A stretch of DNA of 50,247 bases, the filler included, from Bipalium vagum (Eukaryota), in the NCBI GenBank assembly GCA_037834085.1. It is 2 parts of 2 records of this genome, joined end to end, with 100 filler letters (N's around TTAATTAATTAA, not from the genome) between each part and the next. Parts side by side here need not be neighbours in the genome. Positions count along the whole stretch, not along the records: positions 21,828 to 50,247 come from JBBMKC010051438.1; 1 more part is not named here. One strand, 5' to 3'. The position numbers were made by a program, and so were the translations under genes. Shown one piece after another: positions 34,201 to 46,529 of the stretch. Within the stretch, counting starts at the first letter, position 1. Each line of letters begins with the position of its first letter. The notes under the pieces are model-generated. The model worked only from the letters and a program-made list of their open reading frames with translations. It did no database searches and was not told the DNA's origin.

Positions 34201-37200
34201 AACTTGAACACCTGGATTATCTGAACACTTCTCTAATTTGAACTTTTCAGCAAGGACACTATGGTGTTCAATTTAAGCAGGTTTCACTGTATTTAAAATT
34301 TCAGTTAAAAACTTTTTACAGTATGTAGTCTTTGAATCTTGAAACTTTAGGTTTATGTATGTCGGAGTTCTTTATTATATTTTCAATATTATTTCATTAA
34401 TTATTCTTAATAGTTTTGTTTATTTAACTTTATTACATTTTTATTTTCGCAATTAAATTTTCATGCTGTTCAAATTATTTTGTGAAATATAGAAAATTGT
34501 GTTATGAATTTTAACTTTCAAATTTTGTCAAATGAAATAATTTCTAAAAATGGCTTTAAGGTTGAAAATTTTCAGATATATGACTTGTTATTTTTCTTCA
34601 AATGCAAAATGAATCTCACAAAAGTTCATTCTTTGCAGTATCAGTTTTCAAAGTCTAATTTTGTTTGTCTTGGGTCATTTTTTATTTCAAAAAGCGTAGA
34701 TAACCTTTGGATTCTGAAAATAGTAAAGTTTAAATAGTTAATTATCATCAAACTTTGTATTATTTAAAGAAAATTTATTAAAGAATTATTAATTACCAAT
34801 TTTTGTGATTTTTAATGTATTTTAATCAATATTATTAGGTCGTTAAGTATGAAATATCGGATTTGTAAAATCCAAAGTTTTAATATTTGATATTTTAAAT
34901 AAAGTTATTTATTTTTGTTTTACTTCGTTAATTGGTAAATACTTTTATAGAGCATTTTTAAATATCTGATTATATTTTGTTAGAATTATTAGAGTAACTT
35001 TTCTAAACAATGAATATTTCAAAATTCGTGTCATTTTTGAATACGAGTTCTGTTGTGGAACTAATGCAAGTCAAACGGTTCAAAATCTAAGTGATGTCTT
35101 TGGGAGCAAGGTCTTCATGGTCTAATAAAAACATAATATTTATAGAAGCGTATCAGTATTTCAAAATAGAATTAATTACTAATTAAAGAAGACTTTATTT
35201 TGATTATTGCTTTGAAAACTTTGGCAAAAATAAAAACAAGTCAAATAAATGAAAATAATATTTGGTTCATTTCAATAACAAATTGTAGCGATTGAATAGT
35301 TCAGATGAAAATAATCTAGATTAAATAAGAATAAAGTAAAAATAATTTTCAAACACGCCAGTTTTTTAATAAAGACGATTTTTTATTAAATCAGTTATTA
35401 GAAAATTTTTAAATTGCTTGGTATAATTGCTTCTTTTTAGTTTTCTGAATAGTTTTCACTTATTGATGTCCATTTATCTCAGGCATTGATGATTGTTCAT
35501 TAATACACGAGAGTTAGATAATTTTTACTAAAAATTAAATATTTATTTTTCAGACTTTTCTGGATAAAATAATAATATTCACATCTCTTGTTAAACTTAA
35601 TTTTTCAGTTTTAAAGTGACATATTTTCTATTAATTTAATTTAAAACTAATGAATATAAGATAGATCTTAAATGAATGTTTCTCTCACAATAATTTCGAA
35701 TGTAGTTCCTCTACAGTTTATAAGAAAATAATTAATTTTATTTACATGTTTGGTATATAGATAATGTGCATATTTAGTGTCAGTAGAGAGTGGTTTTGCG
35801 AAAAGGAAATCAATAATCTGAGTATAATTTTTAAGTTGTAATTATAAATGGCGAAAATAAGTTTTTTATTTTTATCACGCAAACAACAACCGTGTACAAA
35901 ATTTCTGATTTAGAATAGCCAGCTAATATTAGGGCATAAATTATTTTTACATATTCCGATTTCCTGATTTCTGCTTGACCTAAAATTAATAAAATTCATT
36001 TATAGTTAATTTTTTTTGTAATGATATTTTTGGAATTAAATTTCTGTTGATATTGTGTGGATAAATTTTGAAAGCTATGAAATAAATATTTAGTTGAACA
36101 TTTTTATTTTCACGTTACATTTGAATTTATTTTGAAAATTTCTTAAATAGAATATTTGGTGGTTCTGCATTTATTTTAATTATTTTCATTGCAAATATAT
36201 ATTTTTAATTTCTTCTAAAATTTCTATGAAATTGTTTTAGGTTTCCAGAATTTCAATCTATTCTTTAAAGACTTGATTTCGTTTCAACACTATCAGTATG
36301 ATTTGTCTTATAATTTTTCAATTTTCACTTAACTAAATCTGTATTTACTACCTTCACCATTCTTAAATTCGAAAATTATTCTTTTGCTTTTGGATATCTT
36401 TTGCAATTCTCAATAATTATTTTTAAGTATAACAGTATTTAAAATAGCTTTTCCTTTCTGAATTTATCATAATTCATGATGATCATTAAATCAATAACAT
36501 AGTTTTTTAACAAGCTATTCAAGAGAAAAAACAAGTTTAATAATTCATTTATCTTTTATACGAAAGAGTGATATAACGAATAAAATTAATAATCGATAAT
36601 TTTTTAATCTGCTAACTGAAATTTCAAAGAACTTGGAGCTATAATGAAAGAAATTGTATTATTCAGTTAAATCAGATAAATTCTTAAGTTTTTGTTACCA
36701 AAAACAATTTCAATTTGTAACGGTTTGAATGTCCAACCTTAATATTCTTAAATATAAATTTTTGAATCTTTTACAATATATAATATTGATCACCAAAATA
36801 TTATATTTATATTATATTTTCTTTTTCTTACCTTTTTGTCACTTTTTATTTTTCTGTTACTAATAGTTCAATAGTTGGAATTATTTTTTGCTAATATTAA
36901 ATTCATTATTGTTCCTTCAGACAAAAAATTTTCTAGAACTAATAGAAATCTTTGAGACTTTAATAACTTATTGATGGAGTCGTTAGTTCTGTTGTACGGT
37001 CTAAATGTTGATTAATATGGAAGAATCTTGCTTCATTTTCCTATTCTTAAAAAGTTGTAAATGAAAAAAAAAGACTGAATCAATATATTTTAATTTTCCA
37101 GATATTTAGTAAACATTCACAATAATTCTTAAAAAAAACCATTGTTATTTATTCACATTTCATATTTTTATTATTATGTTGAATATTACTGTTAATCCCT

Positions 37201-40200
37201 AAGTTTCTAGAGAATGTTTTTTAATAACCTACGCCTTTAATTCAGTGATATATTCTTAATGCTTTTCGATTAACTAAATGAATTGTAGAACTCATTTGTT
37301 GAGTTAATAATTAATAGACCATGAAAAGAGAACAATATACTTTTACAGATGACTTTTACGTTCAATTGAATAATCAACTGTGTATATTGATCTATTCATC
37401 CTAATTAATCTAGAAAATTTCTCAGATGACTCATTTTCCCCAGTGAATTTGCGGTGAGATAGGGCGATTGAGTAATGTGAATTGAATTAATTCTGTAAAT
37501 AATTTCTATTGTCAATTTCATTTCTTGATTTTTATTCTATCTCAAGACTAATATTATCTTTATTTTAAAGTTAACAATGTTTACTGGATTTCAATTTCAT
37601 TGACAGTCTGAAATGATATCCGTTTTTCATAATATTAAATACAGATTCAATTTAAAATTAAATATTTTGAAAAAAATTATTGACAAATAGAAAAATCGAT
37701 TATTTTACTAACACTATTGAACTACGCTTCGTTATTGTTATTTAGAATATTCATGAAATTATAATAGAAATTTGTTTAAAATAATAAATATATACTAATA
37801 AAATCCGATCATTTATTGATTTTTGAATTGGTTCAGAATTATTGGATCTGTTGTTTAATCAATATTTTTTAATCAGATATAAATATTTTGTATACAAGTG
37901 ATATATATGTTATGTACACATGTTACATTTAGCATTATGACTGGAATAAAAAACTTTCTTATGCTCATGGACTGCTCTGACTGCTGAGCTACATCCTCGG
38001 ACTAATTTTCAATTTATCTCCCTTACTTAATGACCTAATATTTTATTAAGCTTTTATTGAAAATGAGTCAATTTTGGTTAATGATTTTAATGTCTGATTT
38101 TTGGTGATTAATTAATAAATGTTATAATCTTTGTTGAATTGATATATAAATTAATACTCATATAAAAGATGCATGTTAACATAATTTTTTAATTATTTCT
38201 GTTTCTTCAAATTATTTTTATTAATTTTCTTCTGTGAAAGAATAAAAATACTTTAAATTTTAAAGCAATTATTTCAAGATCTTTTTTGTATTTTTCTCTT
38301 TCAACTGATTTAACTATTTGTAGTTCAGGTTGTTAATTCTTTCAATAGACTTTTGTCATTGAAGATTTATAACATCTAGAATTAATACAGATTGATTTGT
38401 AAACAGTCTTTAATATTAAAAATAAAATATAAATTCTTCAGACCATTTGTTCATATTATAAACTCTTTAAACAAATCGTTTTTGAAGTTTTGCTTTCAAA
38501 CAATATATTTGGTCAGAAATATTTTCTTCAAAATGACTTGTTTAGGAAATTTTATTTGTTTAATTTTGTTTTGATCAAGTAAACATTTATTTACTTATTT
38601 TAAATATGTAAATTTAAAATATATTATTTTCGTTTTTATTTTATTTTATTATTGTAAGAATGTCTTGATAAGTTGTTTAATTAATAATTAAAAAACCTTA
38701 AATTTCGATAACAATTATTTTTATAACTAAAAGTAAATTTGTAATTAAAAATTTTAAAAAATAATTTTCAAATTCGATTCATATTTTACTGAATTTTAAA
38801 TTAAAATATCTTACTCGAATCATCGTTTCCTTATCAAAAAATTATGGTAATTTTTTGATTTATGAACTTTATTAAATTTGTAAAATTATATTTCATTTTT
38901 TATTTTTGCTTTTTTGCAAACCTCTGTTGTATTCATTTTACAAAGACAGTGGGACCTCTCAAAAGTGACCGCAAAAATTTGGTGACCACCTCTATTAAAT
39001 TGACCACATTTAAATTTTGTTAAAGTAAGGCTAAATGTCCAGTATAAACTTTTAAAATAATATCCAGAAAAGGTGACCGGAAAATATTTTTGTTTAAATA
39101 ATAGTGATAAACATTTTGAATTTATGATAAAATTTAATTAGAATGGGAAAATTAAATAATAATCAGAAAAAAGAAATACTTGAAAAACTATTACAAAAAA
39201 AGTCATCACAAAGAAAATTGGCTGCGAAATGTGGTGTTACCAAAACAGTTATACAGAAAATATGGTCTAAAAGAGATTTGATTAATTTGCAAAACCGAAG
39301 TCAGGGAAAAGGTAAAAAGTTTCATTGGAAAGGTAAAATTTCCAATTTAGAAATAGAAAATGGTGTACTTGATATGTTTGACAGGTTAAGAAGCCAAGGC
39401 ATTCCGGTATCTGGTCCAATGATTATAATCTTTGCTTAAAAAATTGCTAATGGTCTTCATATTAACAATTTTAAGGCTTCCTCCAGTTGGTTGCAGAAAT
39501 TCAAGGCAAGAAATGATATTGTATTCCAAAAATTTGTCTGAGAAGTAGCCTCTGCAAATTATGTTAGTGCAAAAGACTTTTTAGATACCATAACTGAAAT
39601 TTATGAGACATGTGACTCCAAAGAGATCGGGATTCGAAACAAGAGCTTGTCAGAATTGAAACTGAAGATTGCTACAACATTATTGAACATAAATTAAATG
39701 ATGTTATTCATGATCTTCAAGCATCCAATAAAGAAGAAATAGGCAGTTCTGATGAAGATACAAGTTCGATTCAAAAAGATGATATTTATCGAATTTTGTA
39801 TGATTTTAAAAAATATGCTACTGAATACTGCCCTGATAATTTAAACGGTATATATTTGCTGGAAAATACGCTGATGCAATCGATCAAGCCACCAAATGAA
39901 AATATATTAAGATATTTCTTGAAATAAATGTTTTAATTTTATTATTCTTTACATTTTTTCAGAAAAATGACCACCTCTCAAAATGTGGCCAGTACTTTAA
40001 AAAGTGGTCACTTTTGAGAGGTCCCACTGTATGGTTAAAATCGATTGATTTTTATGTTTTCGGGTATACATTTACGTAATTTCATTAAACATCTGGGTCG
40101 AATTTTTTAAAAAAATATTCGATTGGTTGCAAATATAAGTGCGTGACCCTTATTCTAAAATAAGTACTCCAACATAATATTTTTGTTTGCATAATAATTT

Positions 40201-43200
40201 TTGCTGTTACGATTTTGATAATTTCCAGTTTTAAATTCTTATATGTAGTCATATTTTTTGTTGAAAAAATTTTTTTTCAACAGAGTATGTACATTATTGT
40301 TTAAATTTAAAATGATATTGGCTTCGTTTATATTGATTTCATCGACAACTCATCACATTTTATAACTTCAAATCAAATGGTTTCTTTAAACCTTCTTCTA
40401 TATTTTAGATGTTTTTAGTTTCTTTGTTCATTCAATAAATTCTTAAAACTAGTTTCGTATATATGTACACTTAGATGTGGTAATCAAAGTTTTCGGTTTG
40501 TCTCATTTTAGCGATATTTTAAATCTATGAATTCTACATTATTAAATATTTTTTTATCATCGGATTTCATTTTTGGTTAGATTTGATTGCCAAAAAAATT
40601 GTGAATAAATAATCATTAAAACTTTTCAATTAATATATTTCCCTTTATAAAATGGTTTCTTAACGTGTCAAATTTTTTATATGCTCAATTTTTATGGTAC
40701 ATTTGCCTATTTAATATTGTCATTGTGATTTGAAAGTTTTAGATTTTCTTCTCAATTATTAGCGGTGAAAACGAAGCAGTGAAATCAAAAATTCAAAGAA
40801 TAAAATGAAACAAACAATTTGTAATTAAACATTATAAAATTTCACTCTTTGTAAAGTTTCACACGATTGTAGACGACAATATTTACTTGAATAGGATTTC
40901 ATATGAAAATGATTATTATTGAAGTCTTTTAATCATTGAACTATTTTTAGTCTTGAATAATTAAAAAAGAAATTATAATCGAACTTATTAATATAAATTA
41001 AAATGTAATCCAGCTCTTATTCTAAATATATAACCGATTTTGTAAAATCAAAACGTAATTATTATCTGTCACGGTTGGTTGTAAGCTCTAAACCACAAAA
41101 ATTATAACCCTTAAATTGCACATTGTCAGATTGATTCCTCACATTATTTTACATAAATTATTGAAAAAAGAAATAAATAATATTTGTAATATATTATTTG
41201 ATAAATTTTAACTCTCAATGAAAAAATCTATTTTTTCGCAAATATTTTTTCTGGATAGGTTTTAAAATTAAATTAATTTTTACTTTTAAAAAAATAATGT
41301 GATTATAATTTTTTGAATTTGAAATTATTGAATTTTTGTATTTTATCTTAAATCAAATATTTAAATTTAATAAAAATTTTTTGTTATGACATTATCAAAA
41401 GTAGTAGGATTTATTGCATCGAGATATTAATGAACAACTTAATTATATTTTTCTCTATTATCATTTCAATAAGTTTTATTTAAACAAATTCCGTTTTCAA
41501 ACTTTCAGCGCCAAAATTTTTCCCCTACTTAGAAAAGTGATTTATAAAACAATAATTTGAAATTTACAATTCTTATTAACTTAACCTTGTTAACAGCAAA
41601 CATACAAATATCAAAAAAATATTTATTGATAAATATCCGTCAGTAGGATGTGAAACCACCATTCTTTTCAGTACATTCTGCATTTCGTTGTTGCATAATG
41701 TCAATCAAAGACTTGACTGTTTCAAAATGATTTAAATGCCACTACTCTTTTAGTCAATGTTTTAAAGATTTCAGGGAGGCTGGTGGTTCCTCATACTCCG
41801 TTTGCAATCTACTGAAAATTACATCCAACAAGTGTTCTATAATTAAAATATCCTGAAAGCAAGAAGGCTATGGAATACTTATCACCATTCCAAGTTCAAT
41901 CAATCAAGGGGGTTAATTGTTGAGAAGACATGACCGACAACATCATAATTGAGCCTCCACTAAATCGATAGTGTTGTGCAATAATCCAAAAACCGTTCTG
42001 TAATTTAGCAATATTAGCAACATGATTATAAAATCCAATTACATTACCTATACATAAATTATGATGATGTCTGGTACAATAATTTTCAGTATATCTATTA
42101 GATACATGCTTTCATAAGTCGTTTTCAAGATGGAGGAATAATTTTGGCACACAGTAGATAATGTATTATATGTATGTAATTTGTATCTGACTACTGTACT
42201 TCAAAATAATTTCTTTATCACTCTATAAATAAGATTAACCTTTGGTTAATATTCTTTGACAAAATATATTTAAAATACCATTATGTCGATATTTTTAAGA
42301 GAAATTTTTGAAAATGGATATAATGTGTTATTGTCATTTTAGTATTCGTTAATCATGTTTGAGGTAAAATTTTGTTTGATAAAATCCATATGTATGATCC
42401 TTAAAAATTTACTCCTTTGTCATAATCTTCAAGTTATCCTAAGATATATTTACAGTTCTAAAAGTAATAAATGAAAGAAAATAGATGTCTGAATTTTTTA
42501 AGTTCTTCAATGGTTTAATTTAAAATTAGCAATAAATATTACCTGAGAAAATTTAAACAAATATCACATTTTCTAAGAAACCGGTATTCCTTCACTTAAA
42601 CGGAGTAAAATTATTTTAAAGTATCGAAAATCATCTGTTCACGGCGCACCTCCACGAATTCCTGTGGTGTGAATGCTATAAAAGCAGTTAGACGTTTTCA
42701 TCTTTTATTTTTAGTCTTACTGCACAGTATACGCTTTGAACTGTATTTTTTTATTAAGTGAAGCTTATATTCAAATATCTTAGACTTACTTAATTTACAT
42801 GGTTCAGTTTAACTGAAGGATTACCAAGAAATCAATAGGTTCTTAAGCAAAATATCAGATTTTTAAAATTAAATTTTTTGGTTTTTCAATATTAATTTTT
42901 TTAAAATGCACTTCAAAGTTATATACACATTTCTATCATTTTAATGCCGATATACATTGATTTAATATATTAGGTTAAAAAATCGACTATCAAACGCAGA
43001 GATTAAGAAAATCGAACATTTTAATTTCAATATTCATTTCTACTCGATTTCCTTTTCTAATTTTGAGCGTTTTTAATGTTAGAGATGTAATACCAGCTGA
43101 AATTCGAAAATAATTTGTCATTGTCATCTGATGATTTACTTTTTTTCAACAGGTATCTTAATCTAAGTCTTCATATCGAATGTATTGACAATTGAAAAAT

Positions 43201-43851
43201 TATTATGTTCATTTTTTAAATTATGTATTTTTTGAATTTATTGATTTATTTAAATAATAAAATTCATATAAAAACATTTAAAATTAAAAATTATTTTTAT
43301 CAATATGCAATAAATCTGTAATTAATGTTTCTGAAAATTCATCTTATCGATTAATTTGAATACTCTGTATCCAATCAGCTTTGGGATCTTCGAGATGGTC
43401 AGTGTAAACAAACGTTTCCAGGCCACGAGTCTGACATCAATGCAATTACGTTTTTCCCAAATGGCCAGGCGTTTGCAACGGGATCTGACGATGCTACTTG
43501 TCGCTTGTTTGACATTAGAGCTGACCAAGAAATAGGCATGTTTTCTCACGACAACATTATTTGCGGTATTACAAGTGTTGCATTCAGCAAAAGTGGTCGA
43601 CTTTTGTTGGGCGGTTACGATGATTTTAATTGCAATGTATGGGACACATTAAAACAAGACAGAGCCGGTATGAATATTGATCTTTTATTTGGACTTTTGT
43701 CTCGTTATCATTATCATCAGTGTCATAATTTCCTTTCCTATCAGGTGTTCTCGCTGGTCACGACAACCGTGTCAGTTGTCTGGGCGTCTCGGAAGATGGA
43801 ATGGCAGTCTGTACTGGATCTTGGGACAGTTTTCTTCGAATTTGGAATTAG
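31289..43851 (+). CDS. GNB1: Heterotrimeric G-protein beta subunit (G-beta 1-4 class), complete 340 aa; exons 31289-31345, 31394-31833, 31881-32010, 43379-43667, 43745-43851
   Basis: Exons sum to 1023 nt = 340 aa + [13 protein letters not shown]...[18 protein letters not shown]...GHESDINA...[12 protein letters not shown]. All introns are GT-AG. Confidence 0.98.
33942..34289. mobile_element. Tigger/pogo-type MITE (348 bp)
   Basis: TA|CAGTAAAACCTGCATAAATGAACACC ... GGTGTTCAATTTAAGCAGGTTTCACTG|TA, with repeated internal tgaacac motifs. Confidence 0.88.
34835..35110 (+). mobile_element. Mariner 5' fragment
   Basis: TIR ta|ttaggtcgttaagtatgaaat; [28 protein letters not shown]. Confidence 0.75.
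38947..40029 (+). mobile_element. Tigger/pogo element (1083 bp); CENP-B-type DNA-binding region kept, DDE domain largely deleted
   Basis: Perfect 24-bp TIRs CAGTGGGACCTCTCAAAAGTGACC. ORF 39143-39439 has [11 protein letters not shown] and GIPVSGPMI, followed by [19 protein letters not shown] on the right flank, GA on the left. Confidence 0.93.
41640..42050 (-). mobile_element. Tc1-like transposase 3' remnant
   Basis: Minus strand [15 protein letters not shown] resembles PSxSPDLNxIEHLWD; also GGSIMM and C-terminal EKNGGF. Confidence 0.55.
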
Positions 43852-44559
43852 CAATATCCATTTGTGTTTCCTGACAACAACCTTATTATAATAGCCCTTG
43901 CTGCACTCAGCATCTGCTTTTAGAAACACCCATTAAAATTAAGTCAATTTATTACAATATTTAATATTTTAAGACACTGTTTGCAATACAAAATGATAAA
44001 TTACTTTTCTACTAATGATAATTTACAATTTCGATTATTATTTATTAGTCGTATTTATTAATATTGATATTATTATTATTAATTAATATTATGATTGTGA
44101 TTACTTCAAGTTACGATTGTGTTTGAAATTTTAATTTTGTTGCTAGTCATTTTAATTTATTATTTTTATTACTGTTATTTCACGATTATTTTTATGTACA
44201 GATAAACATTGTTATTATCATTGTTAATTTTATTACTATATTACTATTTGTTTTACAATTATTACAATCTTTATTATTAAAGTATTAAGGAATTATTATT
44301 AAATAATAATTAGTTGTCTGTACTATTGTATGTTAACATTAATGTAAAATAATTTTACTATTTGCAGTATAATTTAATAAATAATTTTTATAGTGCTTAT
44401 ACTTTTTAGACATTTCCTTTTCGTGGTTTCACTATTTTAAAATGTTTTCAGTGTTGTCTAAGTATTTTTGTTAAAATATCGAACGTGTCATACTCGTGGT
44501 CTCAAAAATTGGCATACCTTACTATACTGTTTTTATTTTTTGTCATTATTTTTATTTAT

Positions 44560-44605
44560 CATTATTTTTATTATTATTATTATTATTATTATCATTATTA
44601 TTATT
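44560..44605. repeat. (ATT)n microsatellite
   Basis: Seen directly. Confidence 0.9.
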
Positions 44606-46529
44606 GATGTTTTTACCTTTCTATAAAACATTTAATATTTTGGAAAATTGACTGGGCCTTCCGCATTAACAATCTAGTTATGATTCTAATCTTATAAAAA
44701 TATTATCTAAAGTATTTTCCTTTTCTCACAGGTTTTTTGTAATTATTTCCGCATTTTCATCAAAAAACCTTTATGGAGATACTCAATTTATAAATAAGGT
44801 CATTAGTATATATGATGAAAAAAAAAGCTTATTCTCACTTCATTGATTTATAAATGAAAATTTTATTAATTGCGAGACGATTATCAATTGTACGTGAAGA
44901 CAAGTGTGAAATGGTGATGATAGCATGAAATAAACAACATGTAGATATAAATAACCAATTGATAAATAACTGATAAACAATCAATTTTAGTTAAACTAAG
45001 TCTGAAGATTTTAACTGCATTCGTGACAGGCTATGGTCATATTTGTATTATGTTATGAAATTTTTTTTATTATTGCTATATTGATTGAAATAACAACTGA
45101 ATTGGCATTTTAGTTGTGTGAACTCAGGCAGTGGTACAATTTTGGTAATTATAATGATTAAGTAAAATTGTAATTTTAACTAAATTTGAAATTAGTTATG
45201 TAATGCCATTCATAATTATGATTTTAATTATAATTTTAAGCGGTAATTTTTATTTTAACATAAAAAGCGAGTTTGGAAAAGACATTATTTTTACAGTAAA
45301 AAATTTTACCGGTTCTTTAATGACATTAGTTTTAATGTATGAGGGTAAGTTATATGGATATTTCATATGCAAACATTTATTAATTGAATCATAAAATATA
45401 ACCATTAAACTATAGCTTCACAAAATTTATAATTTAACAATTTTTAGTTGTTCCAATTTAGTTCCTAACAAACTAATATGAAATGATTTTAAAGCTTCTC
45501 AATTATACTAAATATTACACTTAAGCATTATTTTTTAAATATTAAATCTTTTGCAATATTTTAGAATTAAATACTCTCAAAATACCCTCTAAATATTTTG
45601 TGAAACATTTTTGCTAAACAGTCTAAGGTTACCAAACAAGGTTTTGTCATGGAATAGAACAAAAAATTCTGAAATGTGCAGAAAATTTATTTACTTTTAA
45701 AATCCATTATGCATAAAAGTGATCTTGATTATATATGAGTTTGATTTAAAATTTTAATTACTCTTTCATTTCTTTGATTGACATAATTTTTGTCTATATA
45801 AATACATCGAATCATCATGATACAAGTTATTCTCTTCCGTGATTCAGGTGGGTTCTAGTCACTAATTTTTTTGTTATCACGTATCTGAATTAAAAAGGGA
45901 TATTTTTTACAGGAAGCATAACTTATGTAAACACTTATAAGTAATACTGGAAAATTCTTTTTTGAAATTTATCTCCAATAACCTGTATATTCAATATCTT
46001 TATAGCTATATCTAAGTCTAATGGAAACTCTTAATGATCTAAATTCATATAAAAACTCACCATATTCACGTAAATAAAAATCCTAGCTTATTAACCAACC
46101 AGGAATAATCAGTTTAAAAAATGAGCATAACAGTGATTAGATCTCTTAAAAATGTTGAAAATTATTTAAAACTAGTAGTATGATAAACTAGACTTTAAGG
46201 AAGAAACCCTAAAACTTGTTTTTACCCTATTTTTCACTTTTCAATCATATGCTCGTTCAACAATGAAAAATAGTTTAACACAATTGGGTGTATTTCTCAT
46301 TTTATTTTTCACTCACTTCGCTCGCAAAATAAAATAAAAAATATTTCTTGTCCATAAAGTATATTTATTTTTACTTAATTTTTTATTATTTTTATTTTTT
46401 CATTTTTTTATAGTAAAACTATAGTGAAGAAAAGATACCAAAAATCATATTTTCTCTTATACATGAATTCAAGCTATTACAATATTTGTCAAAAAAACCG
46501 CAGAAAACTTGCAGGTTTAATATCTCTAA

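Noticed and set aside
769-43851. APC + WDR86 + G-beta as a linked signalling cluster, or the two WD40 genes as tandem duplicates
   Set aside because: An artificial spacer separates APC from the others, and WDR86 and G-beta are distinct ancient WD40 families.
43322-43929. Overlapping ORFs around the G-beta 3' exons, including a novel C-terminus in 43505-43891
   Set aside because: Explained by the 77-nt intron 43668-43744 and by antisense or alternative frames; splicing gives the canonical 340-aa protein.
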